A DNA stretch of 64,000 bases from Planctomycetota bacterium (GCA_021804985.1 JAJZGD010000001.1:9827-73826); one strand, 5' to 3'; shown: positions 1 through 10,836, counted from the stretch's first letter. Notes: generated from the letters alone by a model not told the origin. Program-made: numbers and translations.

Positions 1-26
1 ACTGCGGGGCAAAGCAAACACTTTTT

Positions 27-689
27 CTAGCCTGGTCCCTGATTCCGCTTAAAATCTCTGGTAATGCAGGCGAGAACCCAGTTTACCTGCGTGGCGGCAT
101 GAGGCAGATCGGCCTCGTTACTTATAACATAATGCGATATTTCAAGCTTTTTGTCCAGCGACCATTGGGCACTTTCACGTTTTTGCCAATCCGCGGCGGA
201 CCAACCCTTGTTTTTTTGCACTCGCGAAAATCTGTCTTCCTCCCCACAGTATACGAACACCACCGCCGTGCAGCTTTTAAAAAGCCCGGTTTCTGCCAAT
301 AGGGGCGAATCAAATACCACCGCCGGTATCCCCTTATCGACGGCAAAAGCGGCCAGCATTTGCGATCGCCGTCTTGCCACATATGGGTGTATCAGATCAT
401 TAAGCTCGCCCAGCCTGGCCGCGTCCGAAAAAACCATGGAAGCCAATCGGCTCCGCACGATCTGTCCGTCCGGGCCGAGTATGTCCGCACCGCACTGCCG
501 CACCAGCGCTTGTTTGATTGCCTCATCGCGCAGGGCGTCATGGGCGACGGCATCACTTACAATCAGCTTACAGCCAAGATCGCCGAACAATCCGGCAACC
601 GTGCTTTTTCCGGATCCGACCCCGCCAACGACGCCGATGATGGGCCATGGAAATGAATCTGCCGGATTTTCTCTCGGGGCATTGAGCAT
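27..689 (-). CDS. coaE: dephospho-CoA kinase
   Basis: N-terminal P-loop IIGVVGGVGSGKSTV and CoaE-like length and architecture (about 200 aa). Confidence 0.8.
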   Translation of the reverse strand: MLNAPRENPADSFPWPIIGVVGGVGSGKSTVAGLFGDLGCKLIVSDAVAHDALRDEAIKQALVRQCGADILGPDGQIVRSRLASMVFSDAARLGELNDLIHPYVARRRSQMLAAFAVDKGIPAVVFDSPLLAETGLFKSCTAVVFVYCGEEDRFSRVQKNKGWSAADWQKRESAQWSLDKKLEISHYVISNEADLPHAATQVNWVLACITRDFKRNQGPG

Positions 690-714
690 CTTTTCAGCAG
701 CGCCGCGGCGCCGT

Positions 715-2403
715 TTATTCCCCTTTCAGGACATGGGTGGAGGGCAACACATAAAACGCCAGCGTATTGGCCCCCAGGGTATGCTTTGCACGGAACAACA
801 CAGGCTTTCCATGATACGTGAGAAGCACGAAGCTTCCGATTTTTGTCGGAATGTGCCGCGCCTGCTTTCCCTCAAGAATCAGATCGACAATGATCGGGCG
901 ATGGTTTGCCATAGCGCGAATCTCTTGAGAAAACATGTGAAAGGGGGTGGTCTTGGAATACATATAATCCAGACCGCTGTAATAGGCGACGATGGCGCGG
1001 CGGTCGTCCCCGATCCCAATAGCCACGATGTCGCGCGGGGCTGCATGAGTTTTCAGCCACGCGGCGCCCCGTTTGATAAAGCGCATGCCGCGCTGCGGGG
1101 CGTACGCGAGATGCACCATCCCCGGAATGCAGATCAGAAAACAAAGCAGCAAACTTATACGCCGGGCGCCGGCTTTTCCCCAAAGCGCATCGGGTAACCA
1201 TGGCGGCTTTTGGCCCTGGGCGCGGCCGGCCATCCATCGCTGAACACGCATGGATATTCGTTGGAGCCCAAGAGCTAAAACCGCCAGCATCAGCAGCACC
1301 AGTACCAGTGTGTGCCGCCCGTGGAGATAGCCGGCAACATTTAAAAGCCAAAGCATCACGAGTACCCACAGGCCAGCCCATCCCAAGGCCGCCGGGCGCC
1401 ATCGACGCCGCCCCCAAAGGCGGGGGCACAATGCCATCGCCGCCAGCAGCACGATGCAGGTTGCCGGCCCATAGGTTTCAAATACCTCCTGCGCGATTTT
1501 GAGCCACATCCATGGGTGAAACAGGGCGGATGGCCCCAAAAATGCCAGGTTCATCGGATGGGCATAGGGTGTTCGCAGACCGGCATGGGGAAGCGCCGGC
1601 ATACGAAAGAGTTCGAGCTTTTTTTTTCGGGTAAAGCCGCCGATGGCGATCATGTAAGGCAGCCCCACGATTAAATAGCCACCGCACAGCATGAAAGCCG
1701 CCAAGACGCCCGGCCATAAACCTCGTCGTTTATTAAATGGCAGGACGCGCGCGGTTGGCTCACGCGCGGAGAACAAATACCGGCCATGGTGGATCAGCAG
1801 CGCCCAAAGCATGATCAGCACGGCGGCAACACCCTCGGGCCGCGTGAGGTAGCTCAAACCGGCCACCACCCCCGCCGAGAGCCAATACCATGGTTGGTAG
1901 CGCAAGCCGGTTTTCATAGCGAGCAGCAGAGACAAACCGAGCAGGCTCAGAAATAACATGTCGGAAATACCGTCGGCGCCGTAACCACCGGTCTTTCGGC
2001 CGAAGATCCAGATCACGGCGGCGGCATAGCAGGCCCAGGCGGGGGCGCCAAAGCGCCGGGCAATCCAGAATATCTCGATCGCGACGAGAGATCCCGCGAG
2101 CACCCCCACCGTCTGCATGGATATGATCCATGCCATTCGATCGTCGTGCACAAGATGAATCATGATCAGGTTGTGCACAAGGGCGGCCACGACAGACTGA
2201 AGCGGGTGATAAACTTCCTGGCGGACGGCCCGAAGGGGATTGATAAAAAATTCCTTACCCTGCGCGATAAAACGCATCGTGTCCGGATTGACGACCGTCG
2301 TCATCCAGGCGCGCTCAATGCGAACCAGCAATGCGATAATCAGCAGCAGGAACAATCCGCGATAGTGCGACGAGGTTGCTTTCGTAGTGGTCGCATCACT
2401 CAT
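715..2403 (-). CDS. polytopic membrane glycosyltransferase, GT39/GT83 (PMT/ArnT-like) family candidate
   Basis: 562 aa with more than 10 predicted TM helices, a DD motif in the first loop (HDDRMAW), large C-terminal soluble domain; family assignment from overall architecture only. Confidence 0.45.
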   Translation of the reverse strand: MSDATTTKATSSHYRGLFLLLIIALLVRIERAWMTTVVNPDTMRFIAQGKEFFINPLRAVRQEVYHPLQSVVAALVHNLIMIHLVHDDRMAWIISMQTVGVLAGSLVAIEIFWIARRFGAPAWACYAAAVIWIFGRKTGGYGADGISDMLFLSLLGLSLLLAMKTGLRYQPWYWLSAGVVAGLSYLTRPEGVAAVLIMLWALLIHHGRYLFSAREPTARVLPFNKRRGLWPGVLAAFMLCGGYLIVGLPYMIAIGGFTRKKKLELFRMPALPHAGLRTPYAHPMNLAFLGPSALFHPWMWLKIAQEVFETYGPATCIVLLAAMALCPRLWGRRRWRPAALGWAGLWVLVMLWLLNVAGYLHGRHTLVLVLLMLAVLALGLQRISMRVQRWMAGRAQGQKPPWLPDALWGKAGARRISLLLCFLICIPGMVHLAYAPQRGMRFIKRGAAWLKTHAAPRDIVAIGIGDDRRAIVAYYSGLDYMYSKTTPFHMFSQEIRAMANHRPIIVDLILEGKQARHIPTKIGSFVLLTYHGKPVLFRAKHTLGANTLAFYVLPSTHVLKGE

Positions 2404-2519
2404 GGATAATCCAAAATACCGTGGCGGCAGTTTATGCCGGCGCTGTACGCCAGGCCTAAGGCCAATTCAAGGCGGACTGCCACCGGGCTGTAGATTGGCA
2501 GGTTGCGCCCGTGCGGCCG

Positions 2520-5500
2520 CTATACCGACGCAGCTTCCATGGCCGGCCCCGCCGCCTGAAGGCGCGCCTTGCCATCAAATTTAACCGATACCCTGCGGCT
2601 CACACCCTGTTCCTGCATGGTGATTCCGTAGAGCAGATCCGCGACGGTCATCATACGCTTGTTATGCGTGATAACAACGAACTGGCTGTGGCCCAGAAAC
2701 TGCTGAATGATGGAGGCAAATCGGCCGGTGTTCGCCTCGTCGAGCGGGGCATCCACTTCATCCAGAATACAAAACGGCGAAGGCCGCGATTTAAATACCG
2801 CCAACACCAGTGCAATGGCGGTGAGTGCCTTTTCGCCGCCCGACATCAGGGATATGGATTGAAGTTCCTTGCCGGGGGGCCGGGCCAGAATTTCGATGCC
2901 ACTCTCCAGAACATCCTCCGGATTTTCTAATACCACATCCGCTTTTCCACCGCCGAACAAAAGCCGGAAAGTTTCCTGGAATTCCCCGCGCACGGCCTCA
3001 AAAGTCTGGGCAAATCGGACGCGTGAATCGTCGTTTATCTTGGCAATTAAATCCTCCAATTGCTTTTTGGCATCGAGAATATCGGTCATCTGGGCGGTTA
3101 AGAAGGCCTCGCGCGCTTCCAGCGTTTCAAGTTCCGCAACCGCATCGAGATTAACGTTGCCCAACCGGGCGATTTTGGCTTTTAACTCGGAAACCTCGTT
3201 GGCGGTGGCTTGCCAATCAACATCAGCGGGCGGCAGATATTGGCTGTGCGCTTCAACAAGATTGATCGACAATTCCTCACCGGTGCGCTCGACCAAGGTT
3301 TCAAGCCGAACGGAGGCTTCATTTTCAGCCAGTGAGAGTTCATGCTCATGCTTGATCACTCGATCGAGTTCGGACTGCCGGGCCGCCATATCCGACTGTA
3401 TTTCACTGCGCCGCAGATTTACGTCCGCCAGACGCGCCAGACACCCATCGACGCTTTCACGGGCGGTTTGATATTGCGCGCCGGCATTTTTAGCCTGCTG
3501 GGCAAAGTTCTGGGCCGCCTGCTGACTTTCCGCCGCCCTTTGCTGCACCGACACAAGTTCAAGATCCACCTGATTGAGGCGCCCTTGTGCTTCCTGATGA
3601 TTTTGCCGGGCAGCGCCCAGCTCACGCATAATGGCGGTGCGCTGCTCTTGAAGCCGGCCGAGATCGATGCGCAGGCTCGTCGCCCGCTCGCTTACCTTGG
3701 ATACGGCTTGGCGCTGGGTGTCAATATCCGCGGTAAAACTTTTGGCCTTCTCTTCGGCCGCCTGCCCCTGTGATTCCATGTCCGCAGCCTTCTGCTGCAG
3801 TTGCTCCTGCTGCTGCTGACATTTGGCAGATTGCTGCTCCAACCCGGCTTGTTCAAGTTCCAGCAGCGGAAGTTCCGCCGCGATACGCTCCGCGTCATTG
3901 TGTGCTGCGGACAACTTGGCGCCGAGGCGGATGGATTCATTTTGCATTTGGAGATGGCGGTCGCGGCGGCTTCTCAGCATGCTTGCATTCTCAGCCGCCT
4001 TCTGGTCGATGAGGGCCAATTGCTTCTGGAACTCCGCAACTTCCTGTTCCACCGCGGATACCTGACTGGCCAATTGCGCCAGTTCGCTGCGGCGCGCGAT
4101 GGTTCCGGTCGCCTGGCCCCCGCGGCCTAAGGTAAGCAGGCCACCGGCCCGCAGCAGTTCACCATCCTGAATAACATACTGAAAGCCCGGCTTGCTTCGC
4201 GCATGATCGCGGGCCTGCGCCAGTGTTTCGGCGACCAACGTTCGGCCGAGCAGATATTCGACAAGGGGTTGAAATTCTGGTGAGCAGCGAGCCCAATCCA
4301 GCAGCCGCGGCAATTGCCCCCCCGCCACGGCCTGCCCGGAATTCGCGGGCGTTGCGCTGGCGATAGCGGCCGATTCTGATTCGGTTGCGGCTGGTAGCTG
4401 ATCGAGAAACCAGACATGAATTCGCCCGGAGAGCGCCCGCAGCCGATCAAAATCATCCCCCAGCCGATCCATGCTGTCGAAGACCAACGCGCTGGCGAGA
4501 TCGCCCAGGGCAATTTCGATGAGCTTGGCGTGCGGCAAATCCGCGTCGATCAGATCGGAAAGCACACCGCGCAGCGATGGATAAGCCGTTCCAGCTTCGC
4601 GGGCTTTAAGAATTTCCTTAACCGGTGCGGATACCCCTTCCTTGCGGCTTTGGAGTTCCTTAAGCACATTGGTCCGGCTGAGCAGCCCCGATCGCAATTC
4701 CCTCGCCTGCGAAAGTTTTTCCGATACCGCCGCCTGCTGGATATTATTCGTGGATCGGTCGGCCTCCAGCGCGTTAATCTCCGTCATATCCTGCGACAAC
4801 TGCGCTTCGATCTGCGACTTCTGTGCGTCCATCGTGACGATATCCTGCGAGGCGGCGGCCTGGCGTTCGACAATCGCCTGCCGCTTCGCCTGCAAATGCA
4901 TAAGTTGTCGAGACAGGTTTTCCCGCTGCACATCCAAACCCGAGAGTTGATTGCGAATGACGGCGACCTGGCGCAAAAGATCAACCGCCTCAAGTTTCAT
5001 TTTTTCGGAAGCCCGAATAATTTCGCCCAGCCGCGTGTTTTCAGCTTCCAGTTGTTCAGTCACCTGCTTGAGCGCATCTTGAACCTGGGACGCCTGATTC
5101 TCAGCCGAGGCGACCGAGCGGCTTTGCACTTCTATCGCATCGCTGAGGCCGGTCATTCGCAACTGAATATCCGATCGTCGGTCTTGCAGCAGCTTGTGCT
5201 GCTCCTGGAGTTGCAGATGCTGTTGATTGGCGAACTGCGTCTGCTGCAGAAACGATTGATGCTGATTTTCGGTTTGAGATAAGGTGCGCTCCGCCTGACG
5301 GACGGCGTCCTGCGCGGCGTTAAAGTCCAACTGCAAATCATTATATTCCACCTGCCGACCGTCCATTTCGCGGCGCTTGAGCGAAAGTAAATCGGCCGCA
5401 TCGGCGTGATCGCTGTTGAGTGTCATGAGGCGCTGATGCATCTGATGAAAATCAAATAGCACCTGCATGCGGCGGAGGTCAAGCAGCCGGGCTTCATATT

Positions 5501-6149
5501 CCTTAAAGTTCCGCGCTTTGCCGGCCTGCACTTTGATGCTGCGCAATTGTCGGAGAACTTCGTCCAGAACCAGCTGCGTCTGGGAAAGATTTTGATCGGT
5601 CTTTTCAAGGCGGCGCAGCGTTTCCTTCTTTCGGGCCTTGAAACGCGAGATGCCGGCGGCCTCCTCAAATATTTCGCGTCGATCGGCGCTATTGGCTTCC
5701 AACAAGGCGGTGATACGGCCTTGCTCAATGAGCGAATAGGCATCGACCCCGACGCCCGTATCCAAAAACATCTCACGGATGTCGCGCAGGCGCGCATCTT
5801 TGTTGTTGACCAGATATTCGGAGGTGCCGTCGCGGTACAGCCGACGGGTGATTTTTACCTGCGGATCTTCCACCGGCAAACGCCGATCTTCATTGCTGAA
5901 GGTGAGCGAAACTTCGGCCATGCCCAGCGGCTTGCGCGTGGAGGATCCGTTGAAAATGACATCCATCATTCCGTCGCCGCGCAGACTTTTGGCCGACATT
6001 TCGCCCAAAACCCATTTGACTGCATCGACAACATTGGACTTGCCACAACCGTTGGGGCCGACGATGCCGGTAATGCCGGCGTCGAACAGAAAAACGGTCG
6101 GATCGGCAAATGATTTGAAACCGGCAAGCTCAAGAGAAACGAGTTTCAC
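2520..6149 (-). CDS. smc: chromosome partition protein SMC
   Basis: N-terminal MKLVSLELAGFKSF...GIVGPNGCGKSNVVDA Walker A, 1209 aa with long coiled-coils and hinge, C-terminal LSGGEKALTAIALVLAVF signature and Walker B ILDEVDAPLD. Confidence 0.92.
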   Translation of the reverse strand: MKLVSLELAGFKSFADPTVFLFDAGITGIVGPNGCGKSNVVDAVKWVLGEMSAKSLRGDGMMDVIFNGSSTRKPLGMAEVSLTFSNEDRRLPVEDPQVKITRRLYRDGTSEYLVNNKDARLRDIREMFLDTGVGVDAYSLIEQGRITALLEANSADRREIFEEAAGISRFKARKKETLRRLEKTDQNLSQTQLVLDEVLRQLRSIKVQAGKARNFKEYEARLLDLRRMQVLFDFHQMHQRLMTLNSDHADAADLLSLKRREMDGRQVEYNDLQLDFNAAQDAVRQAERTLSQTENQHQSFLQQTQFANQQHLQLQEQHKLLQDRRSDIQLRMTGLSDAIEVQSRSVASAENQASQVQDALKQVTEQLEAENTRLGEIIRASEKMKLEAVDLLRQVAVIRNQLSGLDVQRENLSRQLMHLQAKRQAIVERQAAASQDIVTMDAQKSQIEAQLSQDMTEINALEADRSTNNIQQAAVSEKLSQARELRSGLLSRTNVLKELQSRKEGVSAPVKEILKAREAGTAYPSLRGVLSDLIDADLPHAKLIEIALGDLASALVFDSMDRLGDDFDRLRALSGRIHVWFLDQLPAATESESAAIASATPANSGQAVAGGQLPRLLDWARCSPEFQPLVEYLLGRTLVAETLAQARDHARSKPGFQYVIQDGELLRAGGLLTLGRGGQATGTIARRSELAQLASQVSAVEQEVAEFQKQLALIDQKAAENASMLRSRRDRHLQMQNESIRLGAKLSAAHNDAERIAAELPLLELEQAGLEQQSAKCQQQQEQLQQKAADMESQGQAAEEKAKSFTADIDTQRQAVSKVSERATSLRIDLGRLQEQRTAIMRELGAARQNHQEAQGRLNQVDLELVSVQQRAAESQQAAQNFAQQAKNAGAQYQTARESVDGCLARLADVNLRRSEIQSDMAARQSELDRVIKHEHELSLAENEASVRLETLVERTGEELSINLVEAHSQYLPPADVDWQATANEVSELKAKIARLGNVNLDAVAELETLEAREAFLTAQMTDILDAKKQLEDLIAKINDDSRVRFAQTFEAVRGEFQETFRLLFGGGKADVVLENPEDVLESGIEILARPPGKELQSISLMSGGEKALTAIALVLAVFKSRPSPFCILDEVDAPLDEANTGRFASIIQQFLGHSQFVVITHNKRMMTVADLLYGITMQEQGVSRRVSVKFDGKARLQAAGPAMEAASV

Positions 6150-6537
6150 TGATCAGACCTCCGTGTCCGAGAATTTTTATTCATCAACAAAGGGCGACGC
6201 CGCAGCCATGCGCAGCTACGCTGGCCCGCTCGATTAACCACAACGGGTAGTGGTACTGGTGCTGGTAGTATACACTTGGACGGGAAATCAAGGAATGAAC
6301 CTCAATCCGATTTACAGGCGCCTGGAAACCAGCTCGAAACTGGGGCGCCGGATGGCTTTGGCGCATGGCACGCACGCAACTTGATAGCTGAGGAAATGAC
6401 AGAAGTCCATTCATCGGTGAGGCGCGGCATGGCCGTGGAATATTTGCGCGGAGCCCGGTTTTGAACTAAAGGCCAAACGGTTTGTCGATTCGTCGGCGGC
6501 CACCGTATACTTCCGCCCGGCCCGAAATTGCAAAGGA

Positions 6538-6942
6538 GTGGCTTATCCCATGGTGGAAAATCAAAAGGTATTCGAAGAAGCACAAAAGCTCGGCTCTCTG
6601 ATTGGCAGCCATGCAGCCGTGAAGCGTTACATGGAGTTGACGCATCAACTTGAGCTGGACGTAACCGCGAAAGCACTGATCGGTGAATTTGAACAATTAA
6701 TGGAAACGCTGGCGACGAAAGAGGCCTCGATGCAGCCCATTGAGGTGGCGGAAAAGCAAAAGTTCCAATCTCTGCAGCAAAGCATGGCGATCCATCCGCT
6801 GATTCAAAAGCTGATGGCGGCGCAAACCGATTATACGGATCTGATGCGTAAGGTGCAGGAAGCGATCAACAAAGGCATCTCCACACCTGCCGATGGACCG
6901 CAGGATGCGCTGCCGGCGAAATCAAAAATCATTCTCGATTAA
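6538..6942 (+). CDS. YlbF/YmcA-like (UPF0342/DUF964) helical protein
   Basis: 134 aa all-helical; residue pattern AQKLGSLI..S..AVKRY..L...L..D..AKALIGEF..L resembles the Com_YlbF family; no enzymatic motifs. Confidence 0.4.
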   Translation: MAYPMVENQKVFEEAQKLGSLIGSHAAVKRYMELTHQLELDVTAKALIGEFEQLMETLATKEASMQPIEVAEKQKFQSLQQSMAIHPLIQKLMAAQTDYTDLMRKVQEAINKGISTPADGPQDALPAKSKIILD

Positions 6943-6947
6943 ACGGT

Positions 6948-6961
6948 GCCCGGTGACGGGC
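6948..6961. terminator. short GC hairpin (GCCCG-gtga-CGGGC) between convergent genes, no U-tract
   Basis: perfect 5-bp inverted repeat read directly 6 bp after the stop of the 6538-6942 ORF and 26 bp before the end of the convergent 6987-8453 gene. Confidence 0.2.
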
Positions 6962-6986
6962 GGGTCCCCGCGCGACGCCGATGCGA

Positions 6987-8453
6987 CTATGGCGGCGTTG
7001 GGGCCGCATCGGGAACGGCCGCTGGATTGATTGCGTGCACACTTATGGGCGGGGGAACCGGCGCAAAATGACGCGGCAAAAGCATTCGCTGCTTGCCACT
7101 TAACGCCACGCCCGGCCCCGATTTTTCGAGGTGCTTTGCCTGAAGTCTGATATTTTCAAGCCCCGCTAAAATCGCAATACGCTGGTTCTGTAATTTCATT
7201 TGACGGGCCTGCGCCTGGGCAAGATTGGCAATGTTGAGGTTCAGCGCCGACTGCGCATTGAGATCGATATAGCCCGTCTGATACGACAATGCCCCCTGCT
7301 CAATTTGAAGACTATTAATCAACGTCTGAAGATTGGCAATCTGAATATTGGTTTGCCGCAGCTGAGCATTGACCGATTTGAGTGCCAATACCGTGCTGTC
7401 GTAATTCGCCTGAACGATATTTTTTTGCTGCTTAAAGACGGCAAGCCGGGCGGCAAGTTTTTTATGCGCCTTGGCGTTAACCCAGGTTCCCCCCACCCGA
7501 TATAAACCCTGCTTGGCCATGCGGGCCTCCATCGCAACATCAGCGGTGGTGAATATGGCCGCGAGGTTGCGGTAGAGCGGATTTTTGCGGTCGCGGCGAT
7601 ATTTGCGCAGCGCGGCGTAAACATTATCCAACAGCAACCGATTGCCGCTATCAAAGGTTAATGCGTGGGTATACAGCAGCAACGCCCGCGGCTGGCGGTG
7701 AATTTTATAATTCACGACCGCTGCATCGGTAAGGGCTGCAATTTTTTCCGGGGCCAGCTTGGTGGCGTTCGTAAAATCGCGGAGAGCCGCTTGCAGCCGG
7801 TTCAATCGCGCTTCGATAACCCCGGCCACCACCCATGCATCGGCGGATTCCGGATACGTTTTTATTGCCCCCCTCGTCATCAACAAGGATTTTGCAATCA
7901 GGCCTTGGTCAAACGCCGCCAAAGCTGCGCGCAATTTCTGGTCAGACTGCCTTTTGAGCTTCGCCAGCGTGGATGCCGACATCCAATGGCCACTAAATTT
8001 TACCAGATTCAATTTCTGATATTGGCGATATTTGATCAGCGCCTTCCTCGCGCGGGGAAGCGACGGAGAATGCGGGTACTTGCGGATGAATCGCCGCAGC
8101 CCTGAGATAATATTGGGCAGATTGGCCGAGCGCGAAATTTTGTAATGAAGCACATTCCAGTGGTGGCCTTTGGCCTCTTTTGAATGCGGGGAAGGCCCAA
8201 GCACGATGCCGGTAACATCGCCGATTGAAACTGAGAATGGTGAGCCGCTGTATGGTTGAATAACGTAGTGATTTCCCTGGCGAAAAAATTGCCCCTGCAC
8301 CGTGCGGCCATCTTTAAGCGAAATGGTATCGGCGCCAGCTGCAGCTGCGCCCAATATCACGGCCACCGCCGCCACCCAACCTGCCCAATGCCGATAAATG
8401 TGCTTGTGCATATCAACTACGCCGCAAAGAGACAAAGACGGTTGTCGTAACAC
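6987..8453 (-). CDS. secreted hypothetical protein with TPR-like middle region and Q/N/L-rich C-terminal coiled coil
   Basis: signal-peptide-like N-terminus (MHKHIYRHWAGWVAAVAVILGAAAAGA, likely true start near 8411), heptad-like NLQ/IQ/LQ repeats at the C-terminus; no recognisable catalytic motif. Confidence 0.5.
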   Translation of the reverse strand: MLRQPSLSLCGVVDMHKHIYRHWAGWVAAVAVILGAAAAGADTISLKDGRTVQGQFFRQGNHYVIQPYSGSPFSVSIGDVTGIVLGPSPHSKEAKGHHWNVLHYKISRSANLPNIISGLRRFIRKYPHSPSLPRARKALIKYRQYQKLNLVKFSGHWMSASTLAKLKRQSDQKLRAALAAFDQGLIAKSLLMTRGAIKTYPESADAWVVAGVIEARLNRLQAALRDFTNATKLAPEKIAALTDAAVVNYKIHRQPRALLLYTHALTFDSGNRLLLDNVYAALRKYRRDRKNPLYRNLAAIFTTADVAMEARMAKQGLYRVGGTWVNAKAHKKLAARLAVFKQQKNIVQANYDSTVLALKSVNAQLRQTNIQIANLQTLINSLQIEQGALSYQTGYIDLNAQSALNLNIANLAQAQARQMKLQNQRIAILAGLENIRLQAKHLEKSGPGVALSGKQRMLLPRHFAPVPPPISVHAINPAAVPDAAPTPP

Positions 8454-8542
8454 ACTCTATATCATACCAGCCAATATTCTCCAATCAAAAATTGATTTAT
8501 GGGTACTAATTTGTCCGTCGTGCGGTTTTAAATCCCACACCC

Positions 8543-8920
8543 TCATTTCGCAGGGAAATGGCATCGAATAACCGAACGCAGGCCGCCGCGGGGTGTCCAT
8601 TGGCTGATAACTTCGAGGCGGCGCGGCTTGAGGACGGCCATCAAGTCATCAAAAATGACATTGGTAACGTCCTCATAAAAGATGCCGCGATTTCGATAAG
8701 CCTGCAGATACATTTTCAGGCTTTTCAGTTCAACGCAGCATTGGTCCGGCACATAAATGAAGGTGAAGGTGCCAAAATCAGGCTGGCCGGTCTTGGGGCA
8801 TACGGAAGTAAATTCCGATGCGAAATGCTCAATTTCATAATCTCGGTGGGGATGCGGATTAATAAAAGTTTCTAACATCGCCGCTCCGGCCGTCGCCTTA
8901 ATCACCGTTTTTTTTGCCAT
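8543..8920 (-). CDS. queF: NADPH-dependent 7-cyano-7-deazaguanine (preQ0) reductase
   Basis: QueF signature [14 protein letters not shown] and C-terminal TPRGG; ATG at 8920 preceded by GGAAGTGAG; alternative GTG start at 8959. Confidence 0.85.
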   Translation of the reverse strand: MAKKTVIKATAGAAMLETFINPHPHRDYEIEHFASEFTSVCPKTGQPDFGTFTFIYVPDQCCVELKSLKMYLQAYRNRGIFYEDVTNVIFDDLMAVLKPRRLEVISQWTPRGGLRSVIRCHFPAK

Positions 8921-9012
8921 TGTGCTCACTTCCAGGGGTTCAACTAAATGAAATTCCACCGCGACACCATTTTAACGCCACCGCTGGCTATTTTGCGATG
9001 CATCGGCCGCGC

Positions 9013-9708
9013 TCAGGTGCCCCGGCGATTTCCGTAAAGCCAAATATGCAGGCGAGATCCAAACCGATACCCCTTGTCGCGGCAGATGTCCGCCAGCCAC
9101 ACCGCACGCTCATGCAGCGTTTTATCGTCAATTCCCTCCGGCATCAAAATTACATCGTCCCGGCGAATATTTCCAAGGCTGGCCATGAGCGATTCAATTT
9201 CAACCATGTCCGAAGGATTCGTCACGACAAATTTCCATTGTCGATCGGCGATCCGCGGTGCGCCGGCGAACCGCTGCAACACAGGAATATTTATGCGACG
9301 CTCGTCATGAAGAGCCGCCCAATTGCCCTCCGCAGAAACGCCCGGCGATGAATTCGCAAGTTTGGGGCTTATGCTCGCCAAGTCCGCTGCGACGTCTTGC
9401 CAAATGGTTCCGGCGGTCTCGATCGTGATGTGGCAACCGATCTGCTTCAAGCCGGTGATCAGCTGCGATAGCTCCTGCTGGATCAGTGGCTCACCACCGG
9501 TGAGCACCACATGCCGCAGTGAAAGCTGCTTTACCCGATCGATCAATTCATTCACAGCCGTGTCCGTTCCCTCCGGCCGCCAAGATGCATACGGCGTATC
9601 GCACCAACCGCATCGAAGGTTGCACCCGGAGGTGCGAATGAAAACGCTCGGCACGCCCGTTAGCTTCCCCTCTCCCTGAATGCTGGCAAAGACTTCCGCG
9701 ATCTTCAT
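9013..9708 (-). CDS. queE: 7-carboxy-7-deazaguanine synthase (radical SAM)
   Basis: N-terminus [14 protein letters not shown] and radical-SAM cysteine cluster [11 protein letters not shown]; start codon overlaps queC stop (ATGA). Confidence 0.85.
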   Translation of the reverse strand: MKIAEVFASIQGEGKLTGVPSVFIRTSGCNLRCGWCDTPYASWRPEGTDTAVNELIDRVKQLSLRHVVLTGGEPLIQQELSQLITGLKQIGCHITIETAGTIWQDVAADLASISPKLANSSPGVSAEGNWAALHDERRINIPVLQRFAGAPRIADRQWKFVVTNPSDMVEIESLMASLGNIRRDDVILMPEGIDDKTLHERAVWLADICRDKGYRFGSRLHIWLYGNRRGT

Positions 9709-10430
9709 GCGCCGTCGACCCCGACGGGGGCATAGGCGATGGGATCGGCCACGCCGACCTGGGCGAACGCTTCGAGCCGAAGCTTGCAGGCATCGCACCG
9801 GCCGCAGCTGTGGGCATCATCGGGTGGGTCGTAACATGAAAAAGTGCTGGCATAATCAACGCCCAGTTGCAAACCCGCACGGATGATGTTCGCCTTTCGC
9901 ATTTCAATAAGCGGGGTGCGAAGCTTAATGGTTCGATGATCGGCCACGCCAGCTTTGGTAGCGAGCGCCGCTAATTTTTCAAATGCCGCGATGAACTCGG
10001 GCCGACAATCCGGATAGCCGGAGTAGTCCAGGGCATTTACCCCCAGATAAATATCATCGGCGTCAAGCACCTCGGCCCATCCCAGCGCGCAGGATAAAAA
10101 TATGGTGTTGCGCGCCGGAACATACGTCACCGGAATGTCCCTGGATATCGCCTCCGGCGCCCGATCTTTAGGCACCTGGATGTCGCCGGTCAGCGCCGAA
10201 CCGCCAAACTGCTGTAAATCAAGTTTCAAAATTACATGACGCCGAACGGCGGGATGCTTTGCCAGTTTGGCGGCGGATTGCAGTTCCCGCCGGTGACGTT
10301 GGCCGTAGTCGAAACTTAACGCGTAACAGGCATATCCGTCGGCGGCGGCCATGGCCAAAACCGTTGCAGAATCCAAACCACCACTTAACAGCACGACGGC
10401 AGGTTTCAATTTCGATGCTCCAATTCGCAT
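9705..10430 (-). CDS. queC: 7-cyano-7-deazaguanine synthase
   Basis: N-terminal PP-loop [13 protein letters not shown] and C-terminal zinc-binding cysteines (CGRCDAC). Confidence 0.9.
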   Translation of the reverse strand: MRIGASKLKPAVVLLSGGLDSATVLAMAAADGYACYALSFDYGQRHRRELQSAAKLAKHPAVRRHVILKLDLQQFGGSALTGDIQVPKDRAPEAISRDIPVTYVPARNTIFLSCALGWAEVLDADDIYLGVNALDYSGYPDCRPEFIAAFEKLAALATKAGVADHRTIKLRTPLIEMRKANIIRAGLQLGVDYASTFSCYDPPDDAHSCGRCDACKLRLEAFAQVGVADPIAYAPVGVDGA

Positions 10431-10836
10431 GCGATAGTTTATAAGCCTTCGACGACGGAGTCACTCGGCGGCGCGGCCGGAGAAGGCGCACGCATCGACG
10501 CCCGCTGCCATTGCGGATAACACGCTTCAGCGGTCGGCGGTAGCCTGCACCCATCGCGACGGCCGTGGCCTTCAATGAAGATTTTGCCCATTGAATCGAC
10601 CGGGGCGCGTGGCTCTATTTCCGGGCAACACGGCCGTGCGGGGAAACTTCACATAGCCGCCGACCTGCCGGTGGTGGAACGCACCATAAAAGCACCCCGA
10701 CAGGCCGGAACCAGACGGTGCGATGTGCCCCTGATTTAGCGTTGTTTCGGCGCTGCCCGGAAGAATTGCCACGCCGATTGCCGGAAGGATCGTAATCGCC
10801 GTTGCAATTATTGATAATGTTTGATAACCTTGTGCA

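Noticed and set aside
151-1197. 348-aa + strand ORF antisense to coaE and the glycosyltransferase
   Set aside because: Overlaps two well-supported minus-strand genes; S/P/R/A-rich composition typical of antisense frames in GC-rich DNA
4416-5282. 288-aa + strand ORF and other 100-200-aa ORFs antisense to smc
   Set aside because: Entirely nested antisense to a strongly supported SMC gene; low-complexity R/L/Q-rich translation typical of spurious high-GC ORFs
6150-6537. Possible small RNA or regulatory element in the 388-bp divergent region upstream of smc and the YlbF-like gene (contains GGTAGTGGTACTGGTGCTGGTAGTA with GGT periodicity)
   Set aside because: No stable secondary structure or known motif recognisable by eye; long leaders are normal in this lineage
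10431-10836. Possible preQ1 riboswitch in the queC leader (A-rich CUUAUAAACUA segment right before the start codon)
   Set aside because: No convincing 5-bp P1 stem/loop with the conserved loop nucleotides could be found by eye; needs a covariance-model scan before any claim
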